IMG/VR virus record: IMGVR_UViG_3300044846_000606
Coordinates: 1-25,855 of that record
DNA length: 25,855 nt
Direction: 5' to 3' (one strand)
DNA from: a virus
Taxonomy: Duplodnaviria; Caudoviricetes
How positions within the stretch are numbered: position 1 is the stretch's first letter; each line of letters opens with the position of its first letter. Position numbers and translations under genes: made by a program. Positions 24,777 to 25,855 of this stretch are shown one piece after another. The notes under the pieces were generated by a model. That model did not search any database. It was not told the origin of the DNA and saw nothing but the letters and a program-made list of their open reading frames with translations.

Positions 24777-24956
24777 ATGAGATCATGTAACAATTGTGGA
24801 GCTACAATTACATGTGGCTGCCAAGACAGAATTGCATCAGATGGTAAACAAGTTTGTACGCAATGTTCTGTATCATATGAGCAACAGCTTATTTTAGCTA
24901 ATGCTCAATCTATCCTACAAAATAATATAGAACAAAATGAGAACTCTGCTTCCTAA
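24777..24956 (+). CDS. small Cys-rich protein (59 aa)
   Basis: Manual translation MRSCNNCGATITCGCQDRIASDGKQVCTQCSVSYEQQLILANAQSILQNNIEQNENSAS*; AAAACCAAAC leader; below the track cutoff. Confidence 0.75.
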   Translation: MRSCNNCGATITCGCQDRIASDGKQVCTQCSVSYEQQLILANAQSILQNNIEQNENSAS

Positions 24957-25554
24957 AAAAGAAAAATACTATAAAGAATTTGCTGATGTGGTTAACAAAA
25001 CCTATCGTCAAATGCGTTACGGTATTGCTGCTTGTAAACCAAGTGTTAGTGAAGACTTAGCTTTTATGAGAAAGCATATTGTTGATTGGCAAGATTTAGA
25101 AGATGAAGATGCATTATGCAAATCTAATATCAACTATACAACATGGTTACCTGTTACTTACAGAAATGATAACTCAGTACAATATGATCAGAGTGTAGAT
25201 TTATGGGGAGCTGGTTACTTACGTGGTAATGTACCAAACTCACCACAACAAATTGGCGTAGGATTAGCGTATGGTGCAAACAACCAAAACATTATTGAGG
25301 TGAACACTGGAGGTTGTGTAACTAGAATTAATCTTAATCCAGCTATCACTTTTAATAATAATAGTTCTTTTGAATTTGTACAGCAAACTGCTGCTACAGT
25401 ATGGAACATTAGTCATAACATGGGGCTGAAACCAAATGTTAAGACTGAAGATTTACAGGGTAATGATATTGTAGGAGTTGTTGATTATATAGATAACAAC
25501 ACAGTTAGACTTACTTTTAATCAGGCTGTAGCCGGTAAAGCATATTTATCATAA
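24937..25554 (+). CDS. putative tail-associated protein
   Basis: C-terminal WNISHNMGLKPNV...G.VDYIDNNTVRLTF...AGKAYL domain typical of phage tail/fibre proteins. Confidence 0.7.
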   Translation: MRTLLPKKEKYYKEFADVVNKTYRQMRYGIAACKPSVSEDLAFMRKHIVDWQDLEDEDALCKSNINYTTWLPVTYRNDNSVQYDQSVDLWGAGYLRGNVPNSPQQIGVGLAYGANNQNIIEVNTGGCVTRINLNPAITFNNNSSFEFVQQTAATVWNISHNMGLKPNVKTEDLQGNDIVGVVDYIDNNTVRLTFNQAVAGKAYLS

Positions 25555-25855
25555 TGGCAGTACAGAAGATATACGTAGACTACGATTTTAATAAGAATCA
25601 GATTCTTAATGCTAAGTTACAACCTGTAACTACTGTAGAAAGAAATGCTTTAGCGTCTGGGTATAATTCTGGTGATGCTGGTATTATTGTATATGACACT
25701 ACATTAAAACTAGTATATGCATGGGACGGTAATCAATGGGATCAGGTAAGTTTATCTGACACTCAACTTTCTCAAATAGCTGAGGCTTTTAATAAAACAG
25801 TAGTTGACATCACTGTAACTGCTGATAATGAAAATAGAACTATTATTCTTACGTA
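25554..25855 (+). CDS. putative tail fibre protein, runs off the window's right edge
   Basis: TAATG coupling; MAVQKIYVDYDFNKNQILNAKLQPVTTVERNAL...GIIVYDTTLKLVYAWDGNQW is a fibre-type motif; open to the edge. Confidence 0.75.
   Translation, partial: MAVQKIYVDYDFNKNQILNAKLQPVTTVERNALASGYNSGDAGIIVYDTTLKLVYAWDGNQWDQVSLSDTQLSQIAEAFNKTVVDITVTADNENRTIILT

Noticed and set aside
7379-25409. Minus-strand and alternate-frame ORFs within the rightward genes (e.g. 9314..9703, 11730..12023, 16849..17139, 18963..19340, 18997..19317)
   Set aside because: They overlap recognisable genes, show no motifs, and are expected by-products of codon bias.
7359-25855. Stop-codon reassignment as in some crAss-like phages
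   Set aside because: Long genes are intact in code 11, TAG and TGA end genes at sensible boundaries (8053, 11397, 9540), and no suppressor tRNA is present in the window.
1-25855. CRISPR array, integrase or transposon
   Set aside because: No regularly spaced repeats and no recombinase or transposase motifs seen.

Overview
AT-rich segment of a crAss-like (Crassvirales-type) podophage genome, probably infecting a Bacteroidota host (no Shine-Dalgarno sequences, A-rich leaders). Positions ~1-7085 are a leftward cluster of small accessory/early genes (ParB-like DGQHR protein, HTH protein, DUF4313- and DUF6717-like proteins, membrane proteins, a tiny lipoprotein). These genes are separated by unusually long intergenic regions full of stem-loops. 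From 7359 everything runs rightward: GNAT, wHTH, HU/IHF-like, Cys-rich, PD-(D/E)xK nuclease and PRTase-like genes, then an RNA cassette, terminase large subunit, portal, scaffold-like protein, major capsid protein, further virion proteins, a ferritin/Dps-like protein and the start of tail-fibre-like genes. The standard genetic code fits. The most unusual content is non-coding: (1) a 170-nt tRNA(Asp)-like RNA with an extra D-loop hairpin and a 79-nt branched variable arm; (2) a ~780-nt minus-strand structured RNA candidate rich in GNRA tetraloops and closed by a long-range stem; (3) several smaller structured RNAs, including a pseudoknotted one beside the tRNAs. All family calls come from motif recognition by eye and all structures from manual base pairing; no searches or folding programs were run.
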